Shown here: positions 1 to 11,580 of the stretch, one piece after another | Layout of the letters: each line of letters starts with the position of its first letter | How positions within the stretch are numbered: the stretch's first letter is position 1 | NCBI RefSeq assembly: GCF_001194135.2 | Contig: NC_068986.1 | Span: 57,403,649-57,439,182, forward strand | Reading direction: 5' to 3' | Source: Octopus bimaculoides | Lineage: Eukaryota | Length of the DNA stretch: 35,534 nucleotides | Translations under genes and position numbers: made by a program | The notes under the pieces: model-generated | What the model was told of the DNA's origin: nothing | The model's input: the letters and a program-made list of their open reading frames with translations, nothing else | The model's database searches: none

Positions 1-403
1 GATTCAAGGTTGAATATGGTACTTATGCGTAGGCACCCGAATATCGTATTCCAAAAGGATAGGTGATCAAAATCAAAAAATAAGCAACACGGATTTCAAA
101 GGTGATTGCACTACGCACGTTTCATGCTACTCCAATTTATTTAAGTAATGCGAGCATTACATTAAATGCAATATAAAGAGCAATCTTCAGCTGCACGAGA
201 ATGCAGAAAATTACAGTAGAAAAGACATATTATAAATGTGGCAACACTTCAAATCCAAGTGGGAGAGAGAATACATAAAAATCCACCTCATATACATATA
301 TACATATATACGGTCAAATGCAGGTTTGTATATGCGTATGCAAAATAATATAATTTTACATATACATTTATTTGCCGTTTACTATTTAAGAAATTCTAAT
401 GCC

Positions 404-596
404 GTGAGCTGGCATAATCATTAGCATGCCAGACAAAATGCTTAAGGGCATTTAAGTTCTGAGTTTAAATTTCTCCGAGGCCGACTTTGCCTTTAATCCT
501 TCCGGTGTCGATGAAATGAGTACCAGCTGAGTGCTGCGATCGAGGATATCGACTTACCTATTCCACTAAAATTGCTTGTATCAAAATTTGAAACCC
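404..596 (+). mobile_element. tRNA-derived SINE, family A, diverged copy
   Basis: Aligns by eye to the reverse complements of 6068-6285, 25987-26205 and 26222-26452 (gagctggca..ttagcatgcc..gttctgagtt..ccgagg.cgactttgccttt.atcct..gtcgat..aa..agtaccag). Confidence 0.75.
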
Positions 597-829
597 TTAT
601 TTTATAAATTCTATAACACTGGTTAAAGCACGCTAACTTCGTACAAATTACAGTATAGTAATGAATTTGTCTTTGTACTTTTCTAAGTTCAAATCATACG
701 GGGGACAATCAATTTCACCCTCATTTTACTACTTCTTAGTCACTATAACAAAAATAAGACATGCTGATACAACCAATCCATCGCCAGCCCACACTTCTCT
801 CATTCTATACTCTCCCAAGCCAACGCGGA

Positions 830-1020
830 GTTGCTGTGGTTTGATCTGTTCAAAATAGCAGCCATATCTATCTCACACCATACTTCGTTGTGCCCCCTCC
901 AAAAAAGAAACAAAAAGCGGATGGATTTGAATATAAAATTCGAAATACCCCTACCTATGCCTGAAAATATAGGCAGAGCAGACATGACTACTATATCTCC
1001 AAGCTAAACAAGAACAACGA
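830..1020 (+). mobile_element. Old interspersed repeat, family D (SINE-like), degenerate
   Basis: The motif gatctgttcaaaatagcagccatatct recurs in diverged form near 2400, 3770, 32920 and 33790 (minus strand). Confidence 0.4.
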
Positions 1021-2379
1021 CAACACGGCTAGTTTTTGCTTGGATGACAAGTCATTTTTATAGGTAATTATGTCTATACTCTACTAACGTTAGAATAACC
1101 AAGCTGGCCACAAAACTAATAATCTATTTCTAATCCCATTTCGGTTGATTTTTGATTTCGCTCCTTAGCGTACATTTCTTTCACAACGTTATAATGAGTT
1201 TAAGTAAAAGGAAAATATTTTTAATTGGCAATCAATGTCAGATCTCGATGTTAGCTGGTCATGACCTTATCTCGACACGAAAGTTCTTGCATTCAGTTTT
1301 ATTATCAATGTCACTCTAAAATTTCAGTGTCTCTCTGAAAGTCATACACAAAAAAGAAACGTTTATCAATAATCTCTATTGAAATTCATCTAAATTTCTT
1401 ATCTACTTTTTTCTTTTATAAAGAAAGGACAAAATATAATAAAGGGGCAAAAAGGAAAAGGGGTAAAGAAATGAAGCAGATAAAAAAAATGAGAATTTGG
1501 GGTAAATACAATATTATATTTTATATATGTATGTAAACTTAATACATACATCGACATGCATACACACTCACACGCACATACACACACTCATACATATATA
1601 CATACATACACATATGTGAGTGTGTGTGTATTTGCACGTCATTTTGACCTTAAAATGACCACGACTTATCATTTTACAAGTGACTATTCGATGAAAATTC
1701 ATTAGATAAAATACGATAAAATGTTTAGGATCTAACAAATGAAACAACCAGACTTCATCAATATGCATATATGATAGTATCAATCCATAACAAGAAAATA
1801 TTTTTATACGCTCTTTTTATAGCTGATCAGATGAGATTTCAGCAAGAGGACAATAATTTCTTTGTTTAGTAAGACTCTTCATTCAAAGTTTCTTTTGAGT
1901 ACTTTTAAGGAATGAAGCTGATTATTTTGTATTATAATCAAGGGAAGAGAAAACTAATGGATGAAAATTTATTTCAATAAGAAAAAAAAAACCATCCCAT
2001 GTGTCCTTTCTGTTCTTTTTTATTCTTTAAAAATCTTGTCCCTTTATCAGAACTTTAGTTAATAATTTGCCCAGGTTTTTCGAAAATGCTGAAATTTTAC
2101 TAACTTGCACTTCATAGAAGGGTTCAATGGAATTAAAAAAGATTTCTTGGTAGATATTAAGGTCTATGTACAGATTTCAAAAATAACATTTCCTATCTTC
2201 TGATTATCTTTTTATTAGAATGTGTTTGGCAGCGTAACAAATGGGGAGGACAAATGAACGAATATCTAAGAAAACATGCGCTCAGTTTAAAGTACTTTCC
2301 TTTCAATGTGCCAACTTTAACAATCTCTAATGAATAACGAGAGACCCTGGGCCAACAAGGGATCGTATACCAACAAAGG

Positions 2380-2561
2380 AGCGTGTGTCCTGGTGGTTGA
2401 CGTACTACAAGTAGCAGTAAATTCCCCTTCAAACAACGTTTGTCAAATTAGTCATATAGAAATATGATGGTCACGGAAACAACGAATTGCCCTGCTTTTA
2501 ATGCGATGATGATGATGGTGATGATGATGATGATGATATTACTACTACTACTACTACTACT
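2380..2561 (+). mobile_element. Family D repeat fragment ending in a (GAT)n(TAC)n microsatellite
   Basis: Motif gacgtactacaagtagcagtaaattccccttcaaa, followed by the microsatellite at 2504-2561. Confidence 0.35.
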
Positions 2562-3109
2562 GATGTTATGAGTTCTATATGTTTGCAAAATTATTTTCAT
2601 AGCACTATTAAAATAATAGACACATCACTCTGTCCGTATGACAATAATGATAATGCAAGTATATCTACATATGTAACAGAAATTCGTGGTTGTTTTCGGC
2701 TTTTTTTCTTCTTTCGTTAATGTGATATATCTAGAAATACATTATAACTCACCTATTTTAAAAGAGTAGTGTGATTTGCGGAAAGTCTGGCTACTATAAC
2801 TGGCAGGCCACGCGACCGTTTACAGCTAACCTTAGCTATTCAAATCATCAATATAGTTGCTGTTGAGTGCATTGTAACCTAATTGAACGGGCCGATAATC
2901 AAAGACCTCCAAGCACTTTAGGGATCTTTTTATGAGTGTGTCTTGGACTAAATTATCTAATATAGCCTTTCTTCTCCTTTTTTGAAACTTTAGGGTGTGA
3001 TTTGGAGTAAATTTTGCTACTACGACTTATAGGGCGAGTGACTACAAATATTCGTTGGTTGTTATTGTTGCTGCTACTGTGGTTGTGGTAGTTACTATTC
3101 TTATTTAAC

Positions 3110-3560
3110 CCGAGCATGCTATGATGGCGCAGACTTACGATTAAAATTATTTCAGCTGTGATCTTTCTGGTATTTTCTAAGTGCAGTGAGCATAAGACCA
3201 TATTATCTAACGTATCAATTTCCGAGACGACAGAGAATGTTTTAATTCAGATTTGGTTATTTACAATTTGTCCTCAAAGTATGGCGGTGGTTTTGTTGTC
3301 GAATATTGCCTATTTGCTTTTCATCGTTTCTAGCCCTATAAAACGCATGCGTCTCTCTCTTATATCAACAATTACATGAACACTGCCATTCTGTCTTTGA
3401 TTTGTCAGATTGTTTTCTCCTGAAGATATACAGAAAAGTTCATAGCAGGCAACATAGGCGCCATCAAACTTTGCCTCCAGGTGCTTGGTGAACGTCCAAA
3501 TGACGCTGATTCTACACTGTACGAAAGATAGTTCGCTAAGGATAATCTCGTGTGGTACAA
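3110..3560 (-). mobile_element. RTE-type LINE 3' fragment, decayed ORF C-terminus
   Basis: A minus-strand frame reads WTFTKHLEAKFDGAY...TNQ...IRERRMRFIG. This matches the post-RT RTE motif WTLT..LE..LDG.Y...IRERR.RFAGH. A simple-repeat tail lies downstream, near 3055-3100. Confidence 0.65.
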
Positions 3561-3764
3561 ACCCATGAATTCTCCGACATGGATATGAATAGATTAGCTA
3601 TCCAGCGAAAAGATAAAATCACAAAACCCCATAACAGTGAAATACAGCGTCGTGGATATCAGTAATGATGTAAATCTTTGTTATACTCCTATAACATCAA
3701 TTTCTATAAATTCGACCGTTTTTCATGAAGCCAACGAGGAACCCATTTAGATGGTCACTCGATC

Positions 3765-3945
3765 TATTAAAAAAAGCAACCGAGTCTCCTTTAAATCCTT
3801 GTAGAAAGGATACATTTGATAGCGTAGTTCTAAGTACGTTCTACTATAAACTAAAGCTTTAAGTACACTGACAGCACATCTTCAACCTTATCGTTCTGTT
3901 CAACGCGCATTAACTTGGTTCTAAACGAGAACAAGAAACATTTGC
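3765..3945 (+). mobile_element. Family D repeat, degenerate
   Basis: Shared motif gatctattaaaaaaagcaaccgagtctcctttaaatc and tail cttggttctaaacgagaacaaga. Confidence 0.4.
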
Positions 3946-4250
3946 ATGGGCTGCTCTAGTTATAAAGATGGGCTCATCTCTAAATTTGTAGCGTTAGACA
4001 AATAAAATTATTAATTTTAATCTGTGCAGGTGACCATTCGAACACAAAGTGTATCAGTAGCACCAATATTCATATGAATACGGTAATTGTAGAAACGCAT
4101 GATACATAACGCGCACACACATAAACACGCAGGTGTGTAAAGTATGTGTGAGCGTGCGCGTGTGTGCATGTATGTATGTATACATACATATATATACACA
4201 CACACACATTTATATATATGTGTATATACAAACATACATATCTACATATA

Positions 4251-4289
<39 letters not shown>

Positions 4290-5229
4290 ATACATATATT
4301 TTTGAAATCGATATTAAATTGATTTCAACACGAAGTGCAAATTTTCTAAAGAGTATTGCTTATTTCCGACTTTAATTCCCATCTTTCTATGAAGCATATT
4401 TACATTTTTTTTTTCATATTTATTTTCAATGTTTGTTTCTTTTATAGTTGTGTTTTTTTTTTTCCTACTGATTCGTATGATTGATTCTAAAAATCATTAA
4501 ACCGTGAATGTTGTACTCGCTTAGATGCTTCCATCTACTAAGAGATATATCTAAAGTTTACGATGAGCTTATATTTGTATTTTTTTAAGTGTCTTCANNN
4601 NNNNNNNNNNNNNNNNNNNNNNNNNNNNNNNNNNNNNNNNNNNNNNNNNNNNNNNNNNNNNNNNNNNNNNNNNNNNNNNNNNNNNNNNNNNNNNNNNNNN
4701 NNNNNNNNNNNNNNNNNNNNNNNNNNNNNNNNNNNNNNNNNNNNNNNNNNNNNTATATATATATATATATATATATATTCAAGAATACTTATTTTGATAT
4801 TAATTTGGTTTGGGTTGTGCGGTACGTCAAGATGTTGCTGAATGAAATCAGTGATTCGCTTTCGATCCCCAGTTGAAGCTAATTTCTTTCGCTTATATCA
4901 ATAATAAAAATAAGAAAATGTATTTCTGTCACGTCAAAACCCTTTAACATTCCCTTTTAACAAAAAAATCTGTGATTATATAAAGGTGAATGAATTTCGC
5001 TGAGTCGAGTGACGTATGTAGCTGAATAAATTTGTTAATATTGAAAAGAAAAATAAATCCCACATGTGGTTGTGTGTATATAATATATATTTATATATTT
5101 TGTGTATGAACATCTAGCTATATGTGCATCCAGCTATATGTGCATGTGTGCATACACCAAAAAATTTTTATGGAAAAGTTAATGGAAAGATAGATTACAC
5201 CAGTTTAGCTTCTAGTTCAACAGAAGTCC

Positions 5230-5930
5230 AAAGTCATTAGCTACAGCAAGGTGACTGCAAGACTTCATATCAGTAGGAGCTGGCAATATCCCTATCAAAC
5301 CGCTATATCACGGAGAGGTTACCAAGGATTTGCTTTAGTACCTGCTGCAATAAGATCTGGCAGACTGGGCAGTAAGCACCACCCTAAACTTAGTCGTTGT
5401 CTTTGTGCTTCCTAAGAAAGAGAATTTGAAGCCTCCCACAATTACCGTGAATTCAGCAAGATTCTTGACTGGTTGACACTAGATAGAGAAAACGTCCTAG
5501 CCAAGTAACAAGCAAGTATGTGTAAAGACGAAAGCGTTACTGAACTAATCTTCAACTTGCGCACTCTTCACAATGAAATGTCTTCAGCACTATAGAGAAT
5601 CATATAATGTTTTTACAGGCTTCGCTAAGATGCCCCATAGAATCTTATAAGATGTTCTCTCTATGTGCTATAAAGAATAAATTTCCTCGACGAAGCTTTG
5701 CCTGATGTAATCAGTGCAGTACTCGCAGAAAGCATTATCTGAGGTGACGAATATTATTGTAGTAGTCGGTGAAGCTTGTCTCTTCTTTGCCATTCAATTT
5801 ATCATGTACATGGAGCGGATCACGAGCAATTGTCGTGAAGGCCATATATGTACTGTACAGTCTACAGTATCGGGGAATGGGCCAAAACAAAAATTTCAAG
5901 ATTTACTGAGGAACCCAAAGGCCTGCCATG
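5230..5930 (+). mobile_element. RTE-type LINE reverse transcriptase remnant (frameshifted, stop-ridden)
   Basis: Piecewise translation gives SVGAGNIP, CCNKIWQTGQ, VLPKKENLK, NYR and VGEACLFFAIQFIMYMERI. These are collinear with the RTE RT motifs SAG.DNIP, CNKIWQTGEWP, LPKKGNL, NYR and GVRQGCLLSP.LFNIFLERI. Confidence 0.6.
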
Positions 5931-6067
5931 AATGGGATGGAACTTAAAACGGCAAAAAAAAAAAAAAAATGACAAACTAAATGGTAGTGGTGTCGTGACA
6001 ACAGACAACTTTGTAGTACTACGGGTAGTGCAGTTGATGAAATACATAGGGTTGGTTATTAATAATT

Positions 6068-6285
6068 ATTTCTACTCTAGGCAGAAAGCCTTGAAACCTT
6101 TTTGGGGAAGGGGACTGGTCGATTGCATCGACCCCAGTGCGTAATTGGTAATTATTTCATCGACCTGGAAAGGATGAAAGGCACAGTCGACCTCGGCGAA
6201 ATTTGAACTCAGAACGTAGCGGCGGACGAAATACTGCTACGCATTTAGCCCGGCGTGATAGCGATTCTACCCGCTCACCACCTTA
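6068..6285 (-). mobile_element. tRNA-derived SINE, family A, near full length
   Basis: The minus strand has a B-box-like gagttcaaatt and the family A body. A possible TSD ttattaataat flanks it. Confidence 0.85.
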
Positions 6286-6544
6286 AGGGTTAATTATTAA
6301 TAATAAAAGGTCAGAAGGTCAGGAGAGGAAATTCTAACAAGGATCACGTAGTCTCTATTTTCACTAACCTAACACAAGCCAATGCGTAGAGATTGAAACA
6401 CTACTATGGAGGGCAAAATCAGAGTCTTCTGTGCAGTAGAACCCTACTCATTTCTCTACTCTGCAGAGCTTCATGGAAAGAGCCGGACTCCAGAGTAAAA
6501 TCACAACACCTGCAGACTATAGGTGCATAACGTAACACCGCCAC

Positions 6545-6602
6545 TATACATACGTACATACACACATACATACATACATACATACATACATACATACCTA
6601 CT

Positions 6603-6662
<60 letters not shown>

Positions 6663-7015
6663 NNNNNNNNNNNNNNNNNNNNNNNNNNNNNNNNNNNNNN
6701 NNNNNNNNNNNNNNNNNNNNNNNNNNNNNNNNNNNNNNNNNNNNNNNNNNNNNNNNNNNNNNNNNNNNNNNNNNNNNNNNNNNNNNNNNNNNNNNNNNNN
6801 NNNNNNNNNNNNNNNNNNNNNNNNNNNNNNNNNNNNNNNNNNNNNNNNNNNNNNNNNNNNNNNNNNNNNNNNNNNNNNNNNNNNNNNNNNNNNNNNNNNN
6901 NNNNNNNNNNNNNNNNNNNNNNNNNNNNNNNNTATGTATGTATGTATGCAGGTATGTATGTATGTATGTGTGTATGTATGTATGTATGTATGTATGTGTG
7001 TATGTACGTATGTAT
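6545..7015. repeat. (ATAC)n/(TA)n microsatellites flanking an N-gap
   Basis: Directly visible. Confidence 0.95.
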
Positions 7016-7320
7016 AGTGTTTTTAAACGGAATGTATTTTTTCTGATGTTATATCTGTTCCTGAATGATGTGTAAAGAAATTTTGATTTAAGCATCTTAA
7101 TGAATTCTTTATACTGAAATATATATTGAAGAAGATAAATATGTTCTTTTGAATTTATACGTTTTTGCGCCGTAACTCCTTTATTATTATTCATATAAAC
7201 AAAAGGATCGATTCTTGAAGAGTCTGCATATCTTCACTGTCGTTTTTTTCTGCTATTTTGGTGATGATTTTTTAAGTTAGCTTACCAATTATTGTTGGTA
7301 ATTAATTTATAATATATTGT

Positions 7321-7351
<31 letters not shown>

Positions 7352-8073
7352 ATACATACACACAAACACACACATACATATCATATACATATATATGCAT
7401 ACATACACACACATGTATGTATGTATTTATGCATGTATGTATGCATGTATATGTGTGTACATTCATGTAATAGTGCTGTGTAAAGAGTACTGAAAATAAT
7501 GCAATAGAATTCATGTCCTAATATGAAAAGTGACTACTTCGTGATTTTATGTAATAGAAAATTAATCAACACTAACGCAATAAGGCGTGTGGTTGTTTGT
7601 TTGCTTGTGTGTGTGTGTGTGTATGTGTGTGTGTATGTGTGTGTGTGTATGTGTGTGTATGTGTGTGACTGTCTGTCTATTTGTCTGTCTGTCTGTGTTT
7701 GTGTGTGTGCTTGTGTGCGTGTGAATGTGTAGACATGAAAAAAGTTTTCTTTTAGACCTATACTAAACACAACATTTTATTTTCGTATGAGTTCTTTGCT
7801 GTTAGTTTGGAAGGTTAAGTTTACTAAATGCTTTATGGATGGTACTAGATCTTAGTTTGGGTATTCTTATTACCGGGTTAACATTATGCATTTGCTTTTT
7901 CACAGTAAGTAAAAGTTACGCAAAAATTTAAATTTTGACCATTAGATTTATAGGTGTTCGTTTTGTTTTAACTAGTGTGTGTTCTCTGCGTGTTTAATTT
8001 AATATTATTCTCTGCAATAGGTATTATTTCCTTCAGTAATCGTGTATGTTTGGATGGAATTCTGCAGATTATA

Positions 8074-8267
8074 TACGAGGGGGTGATGAAAAGTTTCTGG
8101 CTTTAAGAGTATCTCGAAACGTTCCGAGTTCTTTTACAGGGCTTAGAAAAACTGAAGGGCCATTGAAATGAATGTGCGAATCTGCGAGAGGAATACGTTG
8201 AATAAAATCACGATTTTCCTGTATCTTCTTTTACCCAAAGCCAGAAACGTTTGCGCATCCCTTTGTA
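8074..8267 (+). mobile_element. Internally deleted mariner (Tc1/mariner) element, MITE-sized
   Basis: About 30-bp TIRs (tacgagggggtgatgaaaagtttctggcttt / aaagccagaaacgtttgcgcatccctttgta) with TA at both ends. An internal frame reads LLQGLEKLKGH*NECANLREEYVE*, like the mariner transposase C-terminus (G..KL..RW.KC....G.YVE*). Confidence 0.8.
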
Positions 8268-8599
8268 TATGTTGCACGCTTTTAATTGTTTAATATTGTT
8301 TTGTGTAGTGAAGTACATTGTAACAGCTCCTTGTTGTAAAAATAAAGTCGTTGTGGGAAGTTAATGTAAACATGTAAACTTTATAATCGTTTACAATCGA
8401 ATTTATAAATCACATTCATTATTAGGAACGTGTTACTGGATTTCATACTTGTGGATTATTAGTAATGTAAAGGCGTTTGTAGTAATTTAATAGTGTTAAT
8501 TTATGATAATACAGTCCTATATTTAAGAGATGGGGAACTATGTACATTATTTACATTATTTACATTTGATGGATATTTGTCCTCATCTTGTTTGTTGTT

Positions 8600-8646
8600 G
8601 ATACAACATTTCGGCTGATTATACTCTCCAGCCTTCATCAGGTGTC
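8600..8646 (-). ncRNA. Minimal type I hammerhead ribozyme motif (left arm)
   Basis: Minus strand reads GACAC CUGAUGA A GGCUG-gagaguauaau-CAGCC GAAAU GUU GUAUC. The core is intact, stem II is 5 bp, stem I pairs 4 of 5, and stem III has no loop. Confidence 0.7.
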
Positions 8647-8698
8647 TTGGGGAGATTTCGAACCTGGGTTCTCATTCCTAAGGTATTTTTCGATGTTG

Positions 8699-8771
<73 letters not shown>

Positions 8772-8776
<5 letters not shown>

Positions 8777-8847
8777 TGACTGCCTGGAATCGAACTCGGA
8801 ATCTTGGGGTTAGTAGCCCGCGCTCTTAACCACTACGCCATATGCCC
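8772..8847 (-). promoter_or_regulatory. tRNA-like Pol III head (A and B boxes); not a functional tRNA
   Basis: Minus strand has A box TGGCGTAGTGG (8830-8840) and B box GAGTTCGATTCC (8786-8797), with an anticodon-loop-like CTACTAA. The acceptor and T stems do not pair well. Confidence 0.75.
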
Positions 8848-8916
8848 GTGGCATATAATAATAATAACATCGAAAAATACCTTAGGAATGAGAACCCAGG
8901 TTCGAAATTTCCCCAA

Positions 8917-8962
8917 GACACTTGATGAAGGCCGGAGGGTATATCAGCCGAAACGTTATGTT
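8917..8962 (+). ncRNA. Minimal type I hammerhead motif (right arm), C3U core change
   Basis: Reads GACAC UUGAUGA A GGCCG-gaggguauau-CAGCC GAAAC GUU AUGUU, with palindromic AACGUU in place of stem III. Confidence 0.6.
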
Positions 8963-10022
8963 AACAACAAACAAGATGAGGACAAATATCCGTCAAATGT
9001 AAATAATGTAAATAATATGTTAATTTATGGTCTGATATTGTGTTCTGTTCCATTCTAAGTACGTATTTGATTCATATAATCCTCTTTCTGAGGGTTATGT
9101 ATTTTCAGCAGGTTTGGTGTCTGATGTGCTTCTTATGATGTAAATCTTCCTGGTTTGTTACGAGGCTAGATATATTAATTGTTATCCATCCCGTTTTCTA
9201 TTATAAACTCCTACTGTATATTGTATGTGTTGCTTTATTTTACACTATGGCCATGTAGGGCACCACATACACGGGCTAATGACAAATTAATCCATTCTTT
9301 TCTTTCGACAATTTGCCATGTGAAAAGCAAAATAATTATAAGCGTACTGGTAAATAGCAGTAACATTTCGCTGTTAACAGGGAACTTTTGAGGTTACACT
9401 CAAAGCTCTTCATTGCTCTTTCTGAAGTAGAAATATATTGTTTTCTCCATGTCCTTTCTTGGGGAAATTGCTCAAGCAAGAATACTCTCTTTTGTGATAA
9501 ACTGCTGTCAAATTTTTTTGGCTGGACCTTATTTGAATTTTTCTTTGAGAAGCAGTGCTCACAAATCTGATTTCAACGTCGCTAACATTTATACGCGGTT
9601 AGAAATACGCGCGCGTGTGTAGTTGCAGACGAGGTTGTCCACAAAAAATCCCATTAGTTCTCATATAAACTAACATCTCACCAGTTCTGACCACTTTCAT
9701 GTTTATAGTAAGCGTATCTCTTGAAACGCTTTCATCAGTAACACTTTCATCAGAAAAGTTACATATTTATCCTCAAGTGCCGGCATTTTGCTGCAAAATT
9801 CCTTGTCAGCTTATATTTTTACATTTAAATTTACCCCATTCATCCTGGCGATTAGTACGCTTGCTTCGTAGGCTTTCTGCGTCCCCATATTTTGCATGTA
9901 CATAGACAAACTAAAAAAAATCTAAAAGCAGAAATATTTTTAATACTCATTCTATAATGCAAACTATGACAAAAACAATCGACATTTTTGTTTTCTAATT
10001 TAAATTCGGTAAATCTGAAAAG

Positions 10023-10454
10023 AAATATGAGAGAAATGCAGTGATATACGTGTAGAAGCTCCTGGAAAGATTGGCACCAAACTTCAGCATCGAGAGCGAT
10101 ACTCGACCTGGATGTCACTTCACTGTTCCAAAAGCCCCAGTTATCCCGTCTAGAGTCCGGACAATTTACTGCAATAGATTCGGATTCACGGCTATCTAAT
10201 ACCTTGCTAAAACATCTGAGAGTTCTACACGGAGAAGGGATTGGTGTTTCCAAGAAACAAATTGATCTCCTGCCGTCCAACGTCCTAGATGGACCTATAT
10301 CACAGAAAGAATCTCAAAAGAAGGCAGCAATGTCGAACTCCCTCCTTCACTATAAATCAATCGCATAAGAATGACCACTGAAAACGTGATAACACTGGTG
10401 GTACCCCAACATGGCTACACCCTTAGGCTGAAATGCATAAAAGAATAAAAGAAT
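10023..10454 (+). mobile_element. CR1-group LINE 3' end (post-RT ORF tail, 3' UTR and short repeat tail)
   Basis: Translates as YERNAVIYV*KLLERLAPNF...NRFGF, then after a frameshift KHLRVLHG..IGVSKKQIDLLPSNVLDGP...AAMSNSLLH. This resembles the invertebrate CR1-group C-terminus (RERY.IIY.WKILEGL.PN...FK..LD.FL..VPD.P...SNSL). It ends in (aaaagaat)2. Confidence 0.65.
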
Positions 10455-11099
10455 ACAAATATACACACGCGCACGTACGCACACACATACGCACACACAT
10501 ACGTATATATATACATATATATATATACACATATCTATGCATATATAATGCATATATACAATGTATATGTGTGTGTGTGTGTGTACACGCACACTGAGGG
10601 ATCTCGACAATCGTGTCGTGGTACATTACGTTTTGTTTGATGAAAGAAGAATAACATCCCATCTCTATTGTTCAGATTATTGGCATTTAGAAATGATACA
10701 TCAATGTTGTATCAATAGGTTGTGAGGATTGTCGATATAAGTAAATGTTCTTCCCTGCCAACTTAAAGTGCTTCATTTACCAGCAAGTTACTGCGCCAGA
10801 AACATTGCAAGTTAGAGTAATTAACATCGAGGTAAAAATCTTTCGACTGGAATAGGTTGTGATAATCACTTAAATATCGGTTTCTTCGATGCAAAATAAA
10901 CTAAACATCAACATTGGTCGCACACGCAAAAACATAATTGCTTACACATACGCCTACGCGCGCTTAGACACATATAAGCATACGCGTACAGAAATAAATA
11001 CATAAATAAATTCTTACATATACACACATTGAGTTATATATTAAATATATACAGCATATGAGATGTGTGTGAGTGTCTTTTTATGTATTTATGTGAATT

Positions 11100-11293
11100 T
11101 CTATGTACGTACTCATATACATGCATGTATATATAATTATAAACTTATACATATATGAATATATATACATACATACATATATATATATATCATATTTAAT
11201 ATATAGATTATATATGTGTGCATATATTTGTATGTATGTACGTATGAATGAATGGGGTGTGTATGTATATACATATATATTTATATGTATGTA

Positions 11294-11382
<89 letters not shown>

Positions 11383-11526
11383 NNNNNNNNNNNNNNNNNN
11401 NNNNNNNNNNNNNNNNNNNNNNNNNNNNNNNNNNNNNNNNNNNNNNNNNNNNNNNNNNNNNNNNNNNNNNNNNNNNNNNNNNNNNNNNNNNNNNNNNNNN
11501 NNNNNNNNNNNNNNNNNNNNNNNNNN

Positions 11527-11579
<53 letters not shown>
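11100..11579. repeat. Compound (TA)/(CT)/(TG) microsatellites around an N-gap
   Basis: Directly visible. Confidence 0.95.

Positions 11580-11580
<1 letters not shown>

Larger units (their letters stand above)
8546..9016. mobile_element. Palindromic non-autonomous element: tRNA-like head plus (AAT)n between two inverted hammerhead-bearing arms
   Basis: Arms 8546-~8712 and ~8856-9016 are reverse complements with few mismatches. The loop holds an (ATT)n run and a tRNA-like segment. Confidence 0.85.

Noticed and set aside
3409-3531. Apparent plus-strand exon (..FIAGNIGAIKLCLQVLGERP..)
   Set aside because: The frame is bounded by stops, and the opposite strand is better explained as an RTE remnant.
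6330-6520. Possible continuation of the RTE remnant after the SINE (KIRVF...FLYSAE)
   Set aside because: The similarity is too short and degenerate to support by eye.
8772-8847. Possible tRNA gene (anticodon-like ACT)
   Set aside because: The acceptor and T stems do not pair, and it is embedded in a repeat. Treated as a SINE-type head.
9690-9756. Two minus-strand CUGAUGA motifs
   Set aside because: This is a short tandem duplication of actttcatcag. There is no GAAA after a valid stem II, and stem III mismatches.
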